DNA of 64,000 nucleotides, from NCBI GenBank assembly GCA_963840455.1, contig CAWIYV010000014.1:416001-480000 (forward strand), given 5' to 3'. Source of the stretch: Nitrospirota bacterium. GTDB taxonomy: Bacteria; Nitrospirota; UBA9217. Below the pieces are notes generated by a model, which saw nothing but the letters and a program-made list of their open reading frames with translations, was not told where the DNA came from and did not search any database. The first letter of the stretch is position 1; each line of letters opens with the position of its first letter. Shown in pieces: positions 63,656 through 64,000 of the stretch. Position numbers and translations under genes: made by a program.

Positions 63656-64000
63656 ATGATGACCGATCCGATCGCGGATATGCTGACGCGCATCCGCAAT
63701 GGCAGCAAGGCAAAACTCGAGAAGGTTGATATTCCGTCCTCGAAGATGAAGCTCGAGATCGCGAAGATCCTGAAGGACGAGGGATATATCAAGAACCTCA
63801 AGATGGTCAAGGACCGGCGGCAGGGCGTTATCCGCGTCTATCTGAAATATACTGATGACGAGGCCCCGGTGATCCAGGGGATCAAGCGCATCAGCAAGCC
63901 CGGGTGCCGGGTGTATGCCGGGAACGATGCGATCCCCAAGGTCCTGGCAGGGCTGGGCGTTGCCATCCTGTCCACACCGAAGGGTATCCAGACGGGAAAA
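63656..64000 (+). CDS. rpsH: 30S ribosomal protein S8, 3'-truncated by window edge
   Basis: [30 protein letters not shown]. Confidence 0.97.
   Translation, partial: MMTDPIADMLTRIRNGSKAKLEKVDIPSSKMKLEIAKILKDEGYIKNLKMVKDRRQGVIRVYLKYTDDEAPVIQGIKRISKPGCRVYAGNDAIPKVLAGLGVAILSTPKGIQTGK

Overview
GC-rich bacterial chromosomal window; gene content suggests an anaerobic Nitrospirota- or Desulfobacterota-like organism (inference only). Layout: (1) 0.7-12.4 kb, a complete type II secretion operon gspCDEFGHIJKLMN, followed convergently by two outer-membrane beta-barrel genes (omptin-like, TraF-like). (2) 15-36 kb, an accessory stretch: radA, a multiheme cytochrome c, aroF, a DUF350 gene, a Hint-Tim44 gene, nitroreductase, an MFS pump, a repeat-rich lipoprotein cytochrome, a LigD phosphoesterase and a hybrid kinase. 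(3) 36-64 kb, housekeeping: cysS, rlmB, 5 tRNAs, tuf, rpmG, secE, nusG, rplKAJL, rpoBC, the str operon with a second tuf, and the S10/spc operons. Three things stand out. (a) A signal-peptide protein at 21148-23775 with THREE tandem, apparently intact intein-like Hint domains (Cys...TxxH...His-Asn, each followed by Lys-Gly) nested in the Gly-rich N-terminus of a membrane-anchored Tim44-like protein, next to a DUF350 gene. (b) A ~635-aa multiheme cytochrome c that the ORF track splits at an in-frame TGA followed by a canonical SECIS-like hairpin, i.e. a probable selenoprotein. (c) A sigma54 promoter and GEMM-I riboswitch (likely c-AMP-GMP-sensing) controlling a lipoprotein with seven thrombospondin-like repeats capped by a triheme domain. 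All calls come from reading the sequence; no searches were run.
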